Positions 43,967-54,166 of a DNA stretch of 64,000 bases are shown one piece after another (positions within the stretch are counted from its first letter, which is position 1; each line of letters opens with the position of its first letter). The stretch comes from Candidatus Latescibacterota bacterium (GTDB taxonomy: Bacteria > Latescibacterota > UBA2968 > UBA8231): assembly GCA_965243025.1 (NCBI GenBank), contig CBDETY010000003.1:5728001-5792000 (forward strand), read 5' to 3'. The notes under the pieces are model-generated. The model saw nothing but the letters and a program-made list of their open reading frames with translations. It made no database searches and was not told the DNA's origin. Made by a program: the position numbers and the translations under genes.

Positions 43967-45070
43967 ATGATCCAGTACACGATCCAGCGTCTTCTGCTGG
44001 CGGTCCCGACGCTCGTCGGGATCACCATCATCTCGTTCCTGATCATGCACCTGGCCCCGGGAGACCCGGTGGACCTCTTCCTCGGGGGGGCCGCCGGCGG
44101 AGAGGGGCTGTCGACAGACCAGCGGGACCAGCTGGAGAGAACCAGGGCGGACCTGCGCCGGCAGCTGGGACTCGACCGCCCGTTGTACGAACAGTACGCG
44201 CGCTGGGTCTCGCGCCTGGTGCTCGCCGTCGAGCCGGTCGAGGCGGGGGAATACGCCGGCGCCGGGATCGTGCTCTACGAAGGTTCCTCCGTGCGCCTTG
44301 CAACCCTCGATTTCGGCCGTTCCTTCAAGGACCAGCAGCCGGTTGTCGAGCACATCGCCAGGCGGCTGCCGATCACCGTGGAGATCGGGGTCATCAGTCT
44401 CGTCGTCGCCTACCTCATAGGGATCCCGCTGGGGGTGCTGCTGGCTTCCAGGCAGGACAGCAGGCTCGACCGCGCCCTGACCGCCGGCACCTTCATGTTG
44501 TGGTCGATGCCGTCGTTCTGGGTCGGAATGCTGTTCATCATGTTCCTCTGCAACGAGGAGTTCCTGCACTGGTTCCCGGCATCGGGCATCGTCTCGCTCG
44601 AGGCCTCGGGCGAATGGGGGTTCTGGCGGATCCTGAAAGACCACGCCCATCACATGGTGCTGCCGGTGCTGGCCTCCTCGTACGCCAGTTTTGCCGGCAT
44701 CTCGCGCTACATGCGCACAAGCATGCTGGAGAACATCCGTCTCGACTATGTGCGCACGGCCCGGGCAAAGGGGCTGGCCGAGCGCTGGGTGCTGCTGCGC
44801 CACGTGTTGCGCAACTCGCTCATTCCGATCGTGACCTTGATGGCGGGGCTGCTGCCCGGCCTGATCGCCGGATCGGTGTTCATCGAGACGATCTTCACGA
44901 TTCCCGGGCTCGGGTTCCTCGGGTTCCAGTCTGTCATCGTCCGCGACTACCCGATGGTCATGGCGATTCTCACCATCGGATCGGCGCTGTCGCTGTTCGG
45001 AATTCTCGCCGCGGACGTGCTTCTGAAGGCGATCGATCCGCGTATCGATTTCTCCCGGGTACCGGAGTAG
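43967..45070 (+). CDS. Peptide ABC permease (OppB/DppB family)
   Basis: LAPGDP, LDFGRSF, DYVRTARAKGL, RDYP. Confidence 0.93.
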   Translation: MIQYTIQRLLLAVPTLVGITIISFLIMHLAPGDPVDLFLGGAAGGEGLSTDQRDQLERTRADLRRQLGLDRPLYEQYARWVSRLVLAVEPVEAGEYAGAGIVLYEGSSVRLATLDFGRSFKDQQPVVEHIARRLPITVEIGVISLVVAYLIGIPLGVLLASRQDSRLDRALTAGTFMLWSMPSFWVGMLFIMFLCNEEFLHWFPASGIVSLEASGEWGFWRILKDHAHHMVLPVLASSYASFAGISRYMRTSMLENIRLDYVRTARAKGLAERWVLLRHVLRNSLIPIVTLMAGLLPGLIAGSVFIETIFTIPGLGFLGFQSVIVRDYPMVMAILTIGSALSLFGILAADVLLKAIDPRIDFSRVPE

Positions 45071-45078
45071 TTGAAAGG

Positions 45079-46143
45079 GTGGGGACCCCTCGCCACACAG
45101 CAGAAGCCGCCGGTGCCGATCGCCAGTCAACCACCGGTGCCGGCCAGTCCTACAGCCGTTTCGTCGTCAGGCAGTTCGCCCGGAACAAAGTCGCGGTATG
45201 GGCATCGTTCGGCATCGTGGTCCTGGCACTCGTCGCGGCGGCCGCCGACCTGATCGCCGGAAACAAGCCGTACTACATGAAGTACCGCGGCAAGACGTAC
45301 TTCCCCGCTTTTCGCCAGTACGCCGTACACGCCGGATTGCTGGAATGGCCGCAGGAACTGCGGCGCCGGCGCAACCTGAAGAAGCTGAAGGTCGAAGCCG
45401 CCCTGTATCCGCCGATTCCTTACGGCCCCGGGGAGATCCGGCTCGGGGAGAAGTACCAGAAGCCGGGGGCCGAGCACTGGCTGGGGACCGACCGCCTGGG
45501 GCGGGACGTGCTTTCCGGGCTGATTCACGGGAGCCGCTACGCCTTGGTCATCGGCCTCGTGTCCGTGGGCATCTCGCTGGTCGTCGGCGTGGTGCTGGGG
45601 GCCGTGGCCGGATATTTCGGGGGATGGCTCGACCTGCTGTTGGCCCGCTTCTTCGAGCTCTGGGCAGCGATTCCGGCGATATTCCTGATCATTGCCGTCG
45701 CCGCGTTCTTTCCACCCAGTCTGTTTTTCATCATGGTCATCATCGGCCTGATGAACTGGGTGCCGATCGCCCGCCTGACGCGTTCGCAGTTCCTCCAGGT
45801 GCGCAGCTTCGACTACGTGGCCGCGGCGAGGTCGCTGGGTTGCTCGAGCCGCCGCATAATGGCAAGGCATATTCTGCCCAATGCCATCGCACCGGTTCTT
45901 ATTCCCGCCGCCTTCGGTATTGCCGGCGCCATCCTCGCCGAATCGGGGCTCAGCTTTCTCGGCATCGGCGTCCCGGCCGAGGCGATCACCTGGGGGTCCA
46001 TTCTCGCCGGAGCCCGCAGCAACGCCTCGGCATGGTGGCTGGTGGTCGTCCCGGGAATGGCGATCTTCGCTACCGTGACGATGTACAACCTGCTCGGCGA
46101 CGGCCTGCGCGACGCCCTCGATCCGAAGATGCGCAGGGACTGA
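45079..46143 (+). CDS. Peptide ABC permease (OppC/DppC family)
   Basis: HWLGTDRLGRD, DYVAAARSLG, HILPN, ESGLSFLG, GDGLRDALDP. Start uncertain. Confidence 0.92.
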   Translation: MGTPRHTAEAAGADRQSTTGAGQSYSRFVVRQFARNKVAVWASFGIVVLALVAAAADLIAGNKPYYMKYRGKTYFPAFRQYAVHAGLLEWPQELRRRRNLKKLKVEAALYPPIPYGPGEIRLGEKYQKPGAEHWLGTDRLGRDVLSGLIHGSRYALVIGLVSVGISLVVGVVLGAVAGYFGGWLDLLLARFFELWAAIPAIFLIIAVAAFFPPSLFFIMVIIGLMNWVPIARLTRSQFLQVRSFDYVAAARSLGCSSRRIMARHILPNAIAPVLIPAAFGIAGAILAESGLSFLGIGVPAEAITWGSILAGARSNASAWWLVVVPGMAIFATVTMYNLLGDGLRDALDPKMRRD

Positions 46144-46237
46144 TCTTCCGAGTGGCTGCGGACAGGCCGGTGCGGCTCTGCCCCCCGATCTGCCTCGAGC
46201 ACCGGATGCGCGGAAAAACCGATGCGGGTGGAAGCGC

Positions 46238-47515
46238 CTACAGAAAGTCCGGGATGAGCTCGTTTTCCAGCATCTGCCCGAGGGTCTGCCGCCGGCGCAG
46301 CAGATGCAGACCGCCCTCCTTGTCGAGCAGGACCTCGGGGGCTTCCGGGAAGGAATTGTAGTTTTTTGCGGCCATGCCGGCACAGTAGGCGCCGCTGCCC
46401 CCGATTACGACGGCGTCGCCGATGCGGGCCTCGGCAAGGGGCCGCGGCTGCAGCCCTTCGGGATTGCCGGGTTGCGGGGTCAGGACATCGCCGCTTTCGC
46501 AGCAGTGGCCGACTACCAGGTAGTGCGCGCGCCCCCGCTGCTCCTGCGAGGCGGGGACAACCGCGATCGGGTGCTGGGCTCCGTACATGCTGGGCCGCAG
46601 AACTTCCGTCATTCCCGAGTCGACCTTGATGAACGAGTACCCCTCCTTGCCGGTATCGACGACATCCACGACGGAGCAGACGATCGCCCCGGAGTTGGCG
46701 GTGAAATAGGTACCGGGCTCGATCTCGAGGTGCAGCCGCCTGCCGGAACTGGCGGCAAAACGCAGGAACTCTTCGGCCACCGGCTCTCCGGCTGCGGCCA
46801 GATCCGTGGAGACCTCGCCGGGGACGCGGCCGACCTTGAAACCTCCGCCGAGGTTGACGGCAGCGACCTCCGGCAGCAGCGCGGCGATGCCGAGGGTCAT
46901 CCGGGCGCAGCGCTGCCAGACCTCGGGATCGCTGCCGGACCCGATGTGGGAGTGGAGCAGGCTGATGCGCAGTCCGTGGTCGCGCTGCAGGGCCTCGACC
47001 TGGTCGAGGTGGGCGTGCCAGATGCCGAAACTGGCGGAAGGGCCGCCGACGTTGGTGCGGTTGCTGTGGCCGGAACCGAGTCCCGGGTTGAAGCGCACGC
47101 CGAGTTCGCCGCCGGGAAAGCGGCTCCCGAAACAGGCGAGCTGGTGCAGGGAACAGGCGTTGAAGCGGACTCCCATGGAGACGAGACCCTCGAAGTCGTC
47201 CGGGAGTTGCTGCGCGGTCAGGAGAATCTGACCCGGCTCCACCCCCGCCTCCAGGGCGCGGCGGACCTCCCAGCCGCTGCTGGCGTCGATCTGCAGTCCG
47301 GCCCGGTTCAGCACGCGGATGACCGCGGCGGTCGGGCAGGCTTTCATCGCGTAGCGCACCGTAAGCCCGAAGGCGTTGGGAAACTCGAGGGCTGCCCGGG
47401 CCTGGGCTTCCAGGGCGTTCTGGTCGTAGACGAAAACCGGGGTTCCGAAGCGAGCGCGGAGCTCGCGAACCTGCCCCTCGTCGAGAAACGAACCGGTCGC
47501 CGGGGAACTGTTCAT
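46238..47515 (-). CDS. lysA: Diaminopimelate decarboxylase
   Basis: YAMKA, HSHIGSG, NLGGG, EPG, CCESGD, GAYC. Confidence 0.9.
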   Translation of the reverse strand: MNSSPATGSFLDEGQVRELRARFGTPVFVYDQNALEAQARAALEFPNAFGLTVRYAMKACPTAAVIRVLNRAGLQIDASSGWEVRRALEAGVEPGQILLTAQQLPDDFEGLVSMGVRFNACSLHQLACFGSRFPGGELGVRFNPGLGSGHSNRTNVGGPSASFGIWHAHLDQVEALQRDHGLRISLLHSHIGSGSDPEVWQRCARMTLGIAALLPEVAAVNLGGGFKVGRVPGEVSTDLAAAGEPVAEEFLRFAASSGRRLHLEIEPGTYFTANSGAIVCSVVDVVDTGKEGYSFIKVDSGMTEVLRPSMYGAQHPIAVVPASQEQRGRAHYLVVGHCCESGDVLTPQPGNPEGLQPRPLAEARIGDAVVIGGSGAYCAGMAAKNYNSFPEAPEVLLDKEGGLHLLRRRQTLGQMLENELIPDFL

Positions 47516-47603
47516 AGGTGTTGTATCTTACTATTTTTATTGGACGTTGGTGACTTTATCGGCATCGTCCGATTATCGCCCAGAGCTTCGACTTCGTCAA
47601 GAC

Positions 47604-49427
47604 ATGGCCGTCAACATCCTCGGAATTTCCGCCTTCTATCACGACAGCGCCGCATGCCTGGTGCGCGACGGCGAAATCATCGCCGCGGCCCAGGAAGAGC
47701 GCTTCTCGCGGGTGAAGCACGACCCCGGTTTCCCCTCGCAGGCGGTTCGCTACTGTCTCCGGGAAGGGGGGATCGGCGCGGCCGACCTGGAATGCGTCGG
47801 TTTTTACGACAAGCCGCTGCTGACTTTCGAGCGACTCATCGAAACCCATCTCAGCACCGCGCCGCTCGGCATCCGGCTGTTCTGGAAATCGATGCAGGTG
47901 TGGCTGAAGAAGAAGCTCTGGATCCCGCAGCTGATCCAGAATGAGCTGGGCCGCGAGGTCCCGGTCCTGTTCGGTTACCACCACGAGTCGCACGCCGCCA
48001 GCGCCTTCTATCCCTCCCCCTTCGACGAGGCCGCCATCATCACTCTCGACGGGGTGGGGGAGTGGACGACCACGAGTTACGGTTTCGGGCGCGGCGCGGA
48101 GCTGCACCCGCTGGCGGAGATGGACTTCCCGCATTCGCTCGGACTTCTGTACAGCGCCCTGACCTATTTCGCCGGTTTCAAGCCGAACTCGGGAGAGTAC
48201 AAACTCATGGGGTTGGCGCCCTACGGCGAGCCGAAGTACGCCGGGCGTCTGCTCGACCGGGTGATCGACCTCGCCCCCGACGGTTCGTTCCGTCTCAACA
48301 TGAAGTTCTTCAACTACCTGTCGGGCCTGACCATGACCTCTCGAGCGATGGCCGACCTCCTCGACGGCCCTCCCAGGCCTCCGGAAAGCCTGATCACCCA
48401 GCGGGAGATGGATATCGCCCGCTCCTGCCAGGTGGTGACCGAGGAAGTGATGCTGCGGATGGCAAGGAAGGTGCACGCCGAGACCGGCCTGTCGAAGCTC
48501 TGCATGGCGGGAGGGGTGGCGTTGAACTGCGTCGGCAACGGCCGCATCCTGCGCGAGGGCCCCTTCGACGAGGTCTGGATCCAGCCGGCCGCCGGCGATG
48601 CCGGGGGGGCGCTCGGGGTAGCGCTGTCGATCTGGCATCGCCACCTCGGCAACGGCCGCACCGCCGACGGGGCTCGCGACAGCATGAAGGGCGCCCACCT
48701 CGGTCCCGCCTACGACGACAGGGAGGTCGCCGGTTTTCTCGAGCGCGTCCAGGCGTCGGCACGGCGACGGTCCGCAGAGGAGCTGTCCGCCGAGGTCGCC
48801 GGGCTCCTCGACGAGGGCAAGGTGATCGGCTGGTTCTGCGGCCGCATGGAGTTCGGGCCGCGGGCCCTCGGGGCCCGGAGCATCCTCGGGGATCCGCGCT
48901 CACCGGACATGCAGTCCCGGATGAATCTCAAGATCAAGTACCGCGAGAGCTTCCGGCCTTTCGCTCCCAGCGTGCTGCGCGAGCACGTCGCCGACTACTT
49001 CGATCTCGATGCGGACTCCCCCTACATGCTGCTGGTCGCGCCGGTGCGGGAAGACCGGCGCCTCCCGGTCACCGAAGAACAGCGCCGGCTCTTCGGAATC
49101 GAGAGGCTGAAGGTGCCGCGCTCGGAGATTCCGGCAGTCACCCACGTCGACTATTCGGCGCGCGTGCAAACGGTGTCGCGCGAAGACAACCCCGCCTACT
49201 ACGATCTCATCCGGGCTTTTTTCAGCCGCACCGGCTGTCCCCTGGTCGTAAACACGTCGTTCAACGTACGCGGCGAGCCGATAGTCAACACCCCGGAGGA
49301 AGCCTATCGCTGTTTCATGCGCACCGAGATGGACTACCTGGTGCTGGGCAGCTTCATCCTCGACAAGCGGGACCAGCCGGCCTGGGAAGAGGAGCAGTCC
49401 TGGCAGCTGGAGTTCGCACCGGACTGA
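47604..49427 (+). CDS. NodU/CmcH-family O-carbamoyltransferase
   Basis: ILGISAFYHDSAA, EERFSR, HHESHAASAF, GEYKLMGLAPYG, GGVALNC, EFGPRALG, NTSFN. Confidence 0.94.
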   Translation: MAVNILGISAFYHDSAACLVRDGEIIAAAQEERFSRVKHDPGFPSQAVRYCLREGGIGAADLECVGFYDKPLLTFERLIETHLSTAPLGIRLFWKSMQVWLKKKLWIPQLIQNELGREVPVLFGYHHESHAASAFYPSPFDEAAIITLDGVGEWTTTSYGFGRGAELHPLAEMDFPHSLGLLYSALTYFAGFKPNSGEYKLMGLAPYGEPKYAGRLLDRVIDLAPDGSFRLNMKFFNYLSGLTMTSRAMADLLDGPPRPPESLITQREMDIARSCQVVTEEVMLRMARKVHAETGLSKLCMAGGVALNCVGNGRILREGPFDEVWIQPAAGDAGGALGVALSIWHRHLGNGRTADGARDSMKGAHLGPAYDDREVAGFLERVQASARRRSAEELSAEVAGLLDEGKVIGWFCGRMEFGPRALGARSILGDPRSPDMQSRMNLKIKYRESFRPFAPSVLREHVADYFDLDADSPYMLLVAPVREDRRLPVTEEQRRLFGIERLKVPRSEIPAVTHVDYSARVQTVSREDNPAYYDLIRAFFSRTGCPLVVNTSFNVRGEPIVNTPEEAYRCFMRTEMDYLVLGSFILDKRDQPAWEEEQSWQLEFAPD

Positions 49428-49915
49428 TGCCGGCGGCGAACGGAAGCCCGGCCCCTGGGAGGAGCTTTTCCTTCTGGAGCATTCCCTCCCCCTCCCAGGG
49501 GCAGTTGCGCAGCTTCGGGTTGCTGATGGCTGCCGTCAGCGTCTGCGCAGGGGGGGGGCTGTGGTATCTCGGCTCGCTGCCGGAGGCGGTGTGGGCGGGA
49601 GGCCTGGCAGTATGGCTGCTGGCATGCGCCCTGTTATGGCAAGGGCCGCTGCGGCCTCTCTACTTCGCCTGGATGTCGATTGCCCGTGTTCTCGGTTTCG
49701 TCAACTCCCACCTGCTTCTGGCGCTCGTGTTCTACTCGATCTTCACTGTGGTCGGGCTGGTAATGCGTCTCGTGCGCTACGATCCCCTGCACAAAGCCGG
49801 CTTCAAGAGGGAGGAGAAGAGCGATGGGATCGACCGGGGCGAAGGCCAGAAGTCGTACTGGTCCAGACGAGAGGGTTCCACGCCTTCCCGCGACCACTTT
49901 CAGCGTCAGTTCTGA
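49427..49915 (+). CDS. SxtJ-family membrane protein
   Basis: LRSFGL, LRPLYFAWM...LGFVN..LL, DPL, SYW, FQRQF; TGATG coupling to the carbamoyltransferase. Confidence 0.8.
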   Translation: MPAANGSPAPGRSFSFWSIPSPSQGQLRSFGLLMAAVSVCAGGGLWYLGSLPEAVWAGGLAVWLLACALLWQGPLRPLYFAWMSIARVLGFVNSHLLLALVFYSIFTVVGLVMRLVRYDPLHKAGFKREEKSDGIDRGEGQKSYWSRREGSTPSRDHFQRQF

Positions 49916-50088
49916 AACGGACTACCTGTTCGTAACTGTTTCTGCAGCTTGGATCTACGCAGGAACAGGAGGCCTCCCCGCATGCCTTGACGCTGTTGTG
50001 ACAAGTCGCCGGCCCGGTTATATTTTTCCCTCTTTGAAGCCTTCTTCCCCAGCCTCTTCACCGTCCGTACCGAACGAGGCGGCAGTCG

Positions 50089-50568
50089 ATGACCTTGGAA
50101 GCAGCCGAGCAGGACGGGCTCGATAGGCAATGGATGAGGGAGGCCCTCGAGTTGGGCGAGAGGGCGGCGGCCGGGTCGGAAATTCCGGTCGGAGCCGTGC
50201 TCGTCAGGGGCGACAGAGTCATCGGTCGGGGCTCGAACCAGGTCGAATCGACTGGAGATCCAACCGCCCATGCCGAGATGATGGCCATCCGCGGGGCGGT
50301 TTCGAACGCCCCTTCCCGGCAGCTTGGGGGTGCTGTTCTGTACGTTACCCTGGAGCCGTGCGCCATGTGCGCCGGGGCCTTGGTACTTGCCCGGGTTTCG
50401 CGGGTGGTATTCGGCGCTCGCGATCCGAAATCCGGCGCCTGCGGAAGTGTCAGGGATGTCGTCCGGGACCCCCGCCTGAACCACACCTGCGAGGTGCAAG
50501 GGGGCGTGTTGCAGGCGGAATGCAGCGCCCTTCTCAAGCGCTTTTTCCGGCAGCTGAGAAAGGGGTGA
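50089..50568 (+). CDS. tadA: tRNA adenosine(34) deaminase
   Basis: EIPVGA, DPTAHAE, TLEPCAMC, FFRQLR. Confidence 0.95.
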   Translation: MTLEAAEQDGLDRQWMREALELGERAAAGSEIPVGAVLVRGDRVIGRGSNQVESTGDPTAHAEMMAIRGAVSNAPSRQLGGAVLYVTLEPCAMCAGALVLARVSRVVFGARDPKSGACGSVRDVVRDPRLNHTCEVQGGVLQAECSALLKRFFRQLRKG

Positions 50569-50584
50569 AAGCGGGATTGATTTT

Positions 50585-50671
50585 GGAGAGGTGCCTGAGT
50601 GGACGAAAGGGGCGGTCTCGAAAACCGTTGTGGCCGTGAGGTCACCGTGGGTTCGAATCCCACCCTCTCCG
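50585..50671 (+). tRNA. tRNA-Ser(CGA), CCA not encoded
   Basis: GGAGAGG/CCTCTCC acceptor, GCGGT-CTCGAAA-ACCGT anticodon arm, long variable arm, GGTTCGAATCC. Confidence 0.95.
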
Positions 50672-50747
50672 GAGATTGATTGAACAAAAGTACCGACTGC
50701 CGTCGATAGCGGCGCGCAGTCAGGTGGCAGCGGCAAGCCGAATTGTC

Positions 50748-50838
<91 letters not shown>

Positions 50839-50854
50839 GCATTGAGGGTTGGGT

Positions 50855-50930
50855 GGGGCAGTAGCTCAGTCGGGAGAGCGCCAGGTTCGCAATCTGGAGG
50901 TCGTGGGTTCGATCCCCATCTGCTCCACCA
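50855..50930 (+). tRNA. tRNA-Ala(CGC)
   Basis: G3:U70 acceptor pair, CCAGG-TTCGCAA-TCTGG, ACCA end. Confidence 0.96.
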
Positions 50931-50995
50931 ATCTTTCTTGCCACATTTCATTTCGCCCCGCCCTTTCCCGTACGTCCGCGGGGCGTCGAGCATCA

Positions 50996-51266
50996 GGTCG
51001 TGCTAGATGGGGAGTTAGCGGTGCCCTGTGACCCGCAATCCGCTACAGCGGGATCGAAGTCCCATCAGAGGCCCCAGTGTCTCTCAATCGTCCGATGAGA
51101 AGTGGCGTCGAAAGCCAGATTCCGCGCAACGGAAGGCTTCCGAACCCCGTCAGGACCGGAAGGTAGCAGCGGTAGGAACGCCATTGCGTGTGCCGCGGAG
51201 CCGTCTGGCTGGAGCCAACTGGCATCTGCCGAAACGGAGACCGGGTTCGAAGATGGGTGCACGACC
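50996..51266 (+). ncRNA. ffs: Signal recognition particle RNA, large (Alu-domain) form
   Basis: Helix 8 motif GTCAGGACCGGAAGGTAGCAGC; 5' GGGGAGTTAGCGGTGCCCTGT..GCAATCCGCT like Bacillus scRNA; ends pair (GGTCGTGC/GCACGACC) before a T-run; upstream of dnaX. Confidence 0.92.
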
Positions 51267-51296
51267 TTTTTTTAACTCACAGAATCCCGAACTGAG

Positions 51297-52919
51297 ATGA
51301 CCTACCAGGTCACCGCCAGGAAATGGCGGCCCCAGACCTTTGCAGAGGTGGTCGGCCAGGAGCACATCACGGCGACGCTGACCAACGCCCTCGCCACCGG
51401 CCGGATCGCACATTGCTACCTGTTTTGCGGTCCTCGCGGGGTAGGGAAAACCACCACGGCCCGGATTCTCGCAAAGGCGCTCAACTGCGCCGACCGCCGC
51501 GGCACGGATCCATGCCAGGAGTGCCCTTCCTGCGTCAGCATCACCGACGGAACCAGCATGGATGTGCTGGAGATCGACGGGGCCTCGAACAACAGCGTCG
51601 ACGATGTCCGCGAGTTGCGCGAGGTGGTCCGCTACGTTCCCACCGCCGGCTCCCACAAAATCTACATCATCGACGAAGTGCACATGCTGTCCACGGCGGC
51701 CTTCAACGCTCTCCTCAAAACACTGGAAGAGCCCCCGGAGAGGGTCGTATTCGTCTTCGCGACCACCGAGGTCCAGGACGTACCCGACACGATTCTTTCC
51801 CGCTGCCAGCGTTTCAACTTCCGCCGCATTCCCGCCGGACGCATTACCGATCACCTGCGGATGATCGCGGATACCGAGGGCATCTCCGCGGAACAGGAAG
51901 CCCTTTACCTGCTGGCCCAGCGCGCCGACGGTGCGCTCAGGGACGCCGAGAGCCTGATGGACCAGGTCGCCTCGTTCGAGGTGGAAACCAGGGTCGCCCC
52001 GGAAGCCGTGCGGCGGGTGCTGGGACTGGTGGACCGCAGCGTCTACTTCGATCTCTCAGACGCGGTAATCCATGGCGACGGCGACCGCGTTCTCGACGCT
52101 GTCGCAACGGCAGCGGAGGAGGGGACCGATCTCGAGGAGTTCATCAAGGGTTACACCGAACACGTCGGGCAATGGCTGTCAGTGCGGGTGCACGGCGCCG
52201 CAGACAAACTCGAGATCGCCGACGTCGAAAAGGCCCGCTTCGAGGAACTCGCTCCCCGTCTTCCGGAGGAGGACATTCTTCGCATTCTCAAGACGCTGCT
52301 GGAGCTCGAGGCGGAACTGAGGCGTTCGGTTCAACCGCGCTTTCGCGTCGAAATGACACTGGTCCGTTTGTCCCGCATGGGCCGCAGCATGGAGGTCGGA
52401 GAGCTGCTGAGCAAAGTCCGGGACATGGCCGCGGACGGGAGCCGGTCTGCGGCGAAGCCGGCCGCTGAGCCACCAAGGCCCCAGACACGAGCCCCGCGCC
52501 AGGTCTCTCCAGGGGGAACCGGGGCCGCGCCTGCGTCCGGGGGCGCACCGGAAGCCGCGGTCGCGGCGCCGGCATTGAGCCTGGAAGCGATCCGCGGCTG
52601 CTGGGTCCAGGTTATCGAGCGCCTCAAGCAGGAACAGCCCGGTGCGGGCAACTTCCTTGCAGAGGGACGACCTGACAGCTTGGAGGGCTCGACCCTGAAG
52701 CTGCTGTTTTCACCTGAGGCCAGTTTCAAAAAGGACCAAGTCGACAAGAACCGGGCGGCGGTAGAGAAGGCTTTGTCCGCGGAGACAGGACAAACTGTCC
52801 GCATTCGCTGCGAGTCTGCCGAGCCGCCGGAATCGGCGGTCGAGGAGGCCGGGAAGAGTCCTGCAGAGCACCCCAAGGTACGCGCCGTCCTCGACGCTTT
52901 CGACGGGGAGTTGGTGTAG
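51297..52919 (+). CDS. dnaX: DNA polymerase III gamma/tau
   Basis: ARKWRPQTF, GPRGVGKTT, EIDGASN, IDEVHML, LSRCQ. Confidence 0.97.
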   Translation: MTYQVTARKWRPQTFAEVVGQEHITATLTNALATGRIAHCYLFCGPRGVGKTTTARILAKALNCADRRGTDPCQECPSCVSITDGTSMDVLEIDGASNNSVDDVRELREVVRYVPTAGSHKIYIIDEVHMLSTAAFNALLKTLEEPPERVVFVFATTEVQDVPDTILSRCQRFNFRRIPAGRITDHLRMIADTEGISAEQEALYLLAQRADGALRDAESLMDQVASFEVETRVAPEAVRRVLGLVDRSVYFDLSDAVIHGDGDRVLDAVATAAEEGTDLEEFIKGYTEHVGQWLSVRVHGAADKLEIADVEKARFEELAPRLPEEDILRILKTLLELEAELRRSVQPRFRVEMTLVRLSRMGRSMEVGELLSKVRDMAADGSRSAAKPAAEPPRPQTRAPRQVSPGGTGAAPASGGAPEAAVAAPALSLEAIRGCWVQVIERLKQEQPGAGNFLAEGRPDSLEGSTLKLLFSPEASFKKDQVDKNRAAVEKALSAETGQTVRIRCESAEPPESAVEEAGKSPAEHPKVRAVLDAFDGELV

Positions 52920-52936
52920 GGGGGTCTGGTGTCGCC

Positions 52937-53533
52937 ATGGGGCCTGAGGCACTGGAGGAAATGATTTCGGCATTCGCCCGTCTTCCAGGAATAGGACGCA
53001 AGACCGCGCAGCGGCTTGCATTCCATATCATCAAGAGGCCGCCGCGGGAGGCGGAGACCCTGGCGACGGCAATCGTCGACGGGCGCAACAGCATTCAGTA
53101 TTGCGAAAAGTGCTATAATTTCACGGACAAGGGGGAGACGGCCTGCGCGATCTGCCGGGATGAAACACGCGACCCGGAGATCATCTGCGTAGTCGAGGAA
53201 GCGAGTCACGTGCTCGTCCTTGAGCGCAGCAGGCTTTTCACAGGAACTTATCACGTTCTCGGCGGAGCCCTGTCGCCGCTCGACGGCGTCGGGCCGGGTG
53301 ATTTGCGCATCGACGAACTGGTGTCCCGGGTAAGTTCGCAGCAGGTAACGGAGGTGATTCTCGCCAACAATGCCAGCGCCGAAGGGGAAGCTACCGCCGA
53401 GTACATCCAGCGTATGCTGGGGCCGCTCACCGCAGTCTCCAGACTGGCGCGCGGGCTGCCGGTCGGATCGGATCTGGACCTTGCCGACAAGGTCACCCTG
53501 GCGCACGCCCTTCAGGGACGCCGCTCCTTCTGA
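52937..53533 (+). CDS. recR: Recombination mediator
   Basis: LPGIGRKTAQRLAF, Cys4 finger, YHVLGG.LSPLDG, EGEATA. Confidence 0.96.
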   Translation: MGPEALEEMISAFARLPGIGRKTAQRLAFHIIKRPPREAETLATAIVDGRNSIQYCEKCYNFTDKGETACAICRDETRDPEIICVVEEASHVLVLERSRLFTGTYHVLGGALSPLDGVGPGDLRIDELVSRVSSQQVTEVILANNASAEGEATAEYIQRMLGPLTAVSRLARGLPVGSDLDLADKVTLAHALQGRRSF

Positions 53534-53566
53534 GGGAAAGCCGTGCAATCGCGGACAGGTTTACTC

Positions 53567-54166
53567 ATGGCCATTCGAGAGATCGCAAACGTTCCCAACC
53601 TGCTGACGATCTCCAGGATTTTCCTGACGCCGTTGTTCCTCGCGATGCTGTTCGCGGACACCTGGTACTGGCGAAGCATGGCCTGCGTCGTGTTCGCTCT
53701 GGCTTCGGTCACTGATTTCTACGACGGTCGCATGGCGAGGTCCAACAACCGGGTGACCAACTTCGGCCGTTTCATGGATCCCCTGGCCGACAAGATCCTG
53801 GTCACGTCGGCATTGATCGCCCTGGTACTGGGCCGCATCGTCCACTACTGGCTCGTCCTGCCCATCGTTGTTCGAGACATCGTCATCACCGGGATGCGCC
53901 TCTATGGTGTTTACCACGGGCGCCAGATGGAGACCTCCCGCCTGGCCAAGTGGAAGACCTTCGTCCAGCTGCTGGCTGTCGTCATCATCCTTTTCGCCAT
54001 CGGCCTTCAGGAGGTCTTCGGCCGCTTCGAGTGGGACCACCTGCTTCCCCTCGAGGAATCGCTTGTCCCGACCTTGTCGAACGGCCTGATGGGTGCGGTT
54101 CTCCTGCTTACGCTCGCCTCGGGCTTTCACTATTTTATTCGAACTGGATACTCGGTTCGCTCTTGA
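53567..54166 (+). CDS. pgsA: CDP-diacylglycerol--glycerol-3-phosphate 3-phosphatidyltransferase
   Basis: [17 protein letters not shown]....[16 protein letters not shown]. Confidence 0.92.
   Translation: MAIREIANVPNLLTISRIFLTPLFLAMLFADTWYWRSMACVVFALASVTDFYDGRMARSNNRVTNFGRFMDPLADKILVTSALIALVLGRIVHYWLVLPIVVRDIVITGMRLYGVYHGRQMETSRLAKWKTFVQLLAVVIILFAIGLQEVFGRFEWDHLLPLEESLVPTLSNGLMGAVLLLTLASGFHYFIRTGYSVRS

Noticed and set aside
47516-47603. Lysine riboswitch before lysA
   Set aside because: An 88-bp divergent promoter region, too short.
47604-49915. Saxitoxin gene cluster
   Set aside because: No sxtA, sxtG or other core genes.
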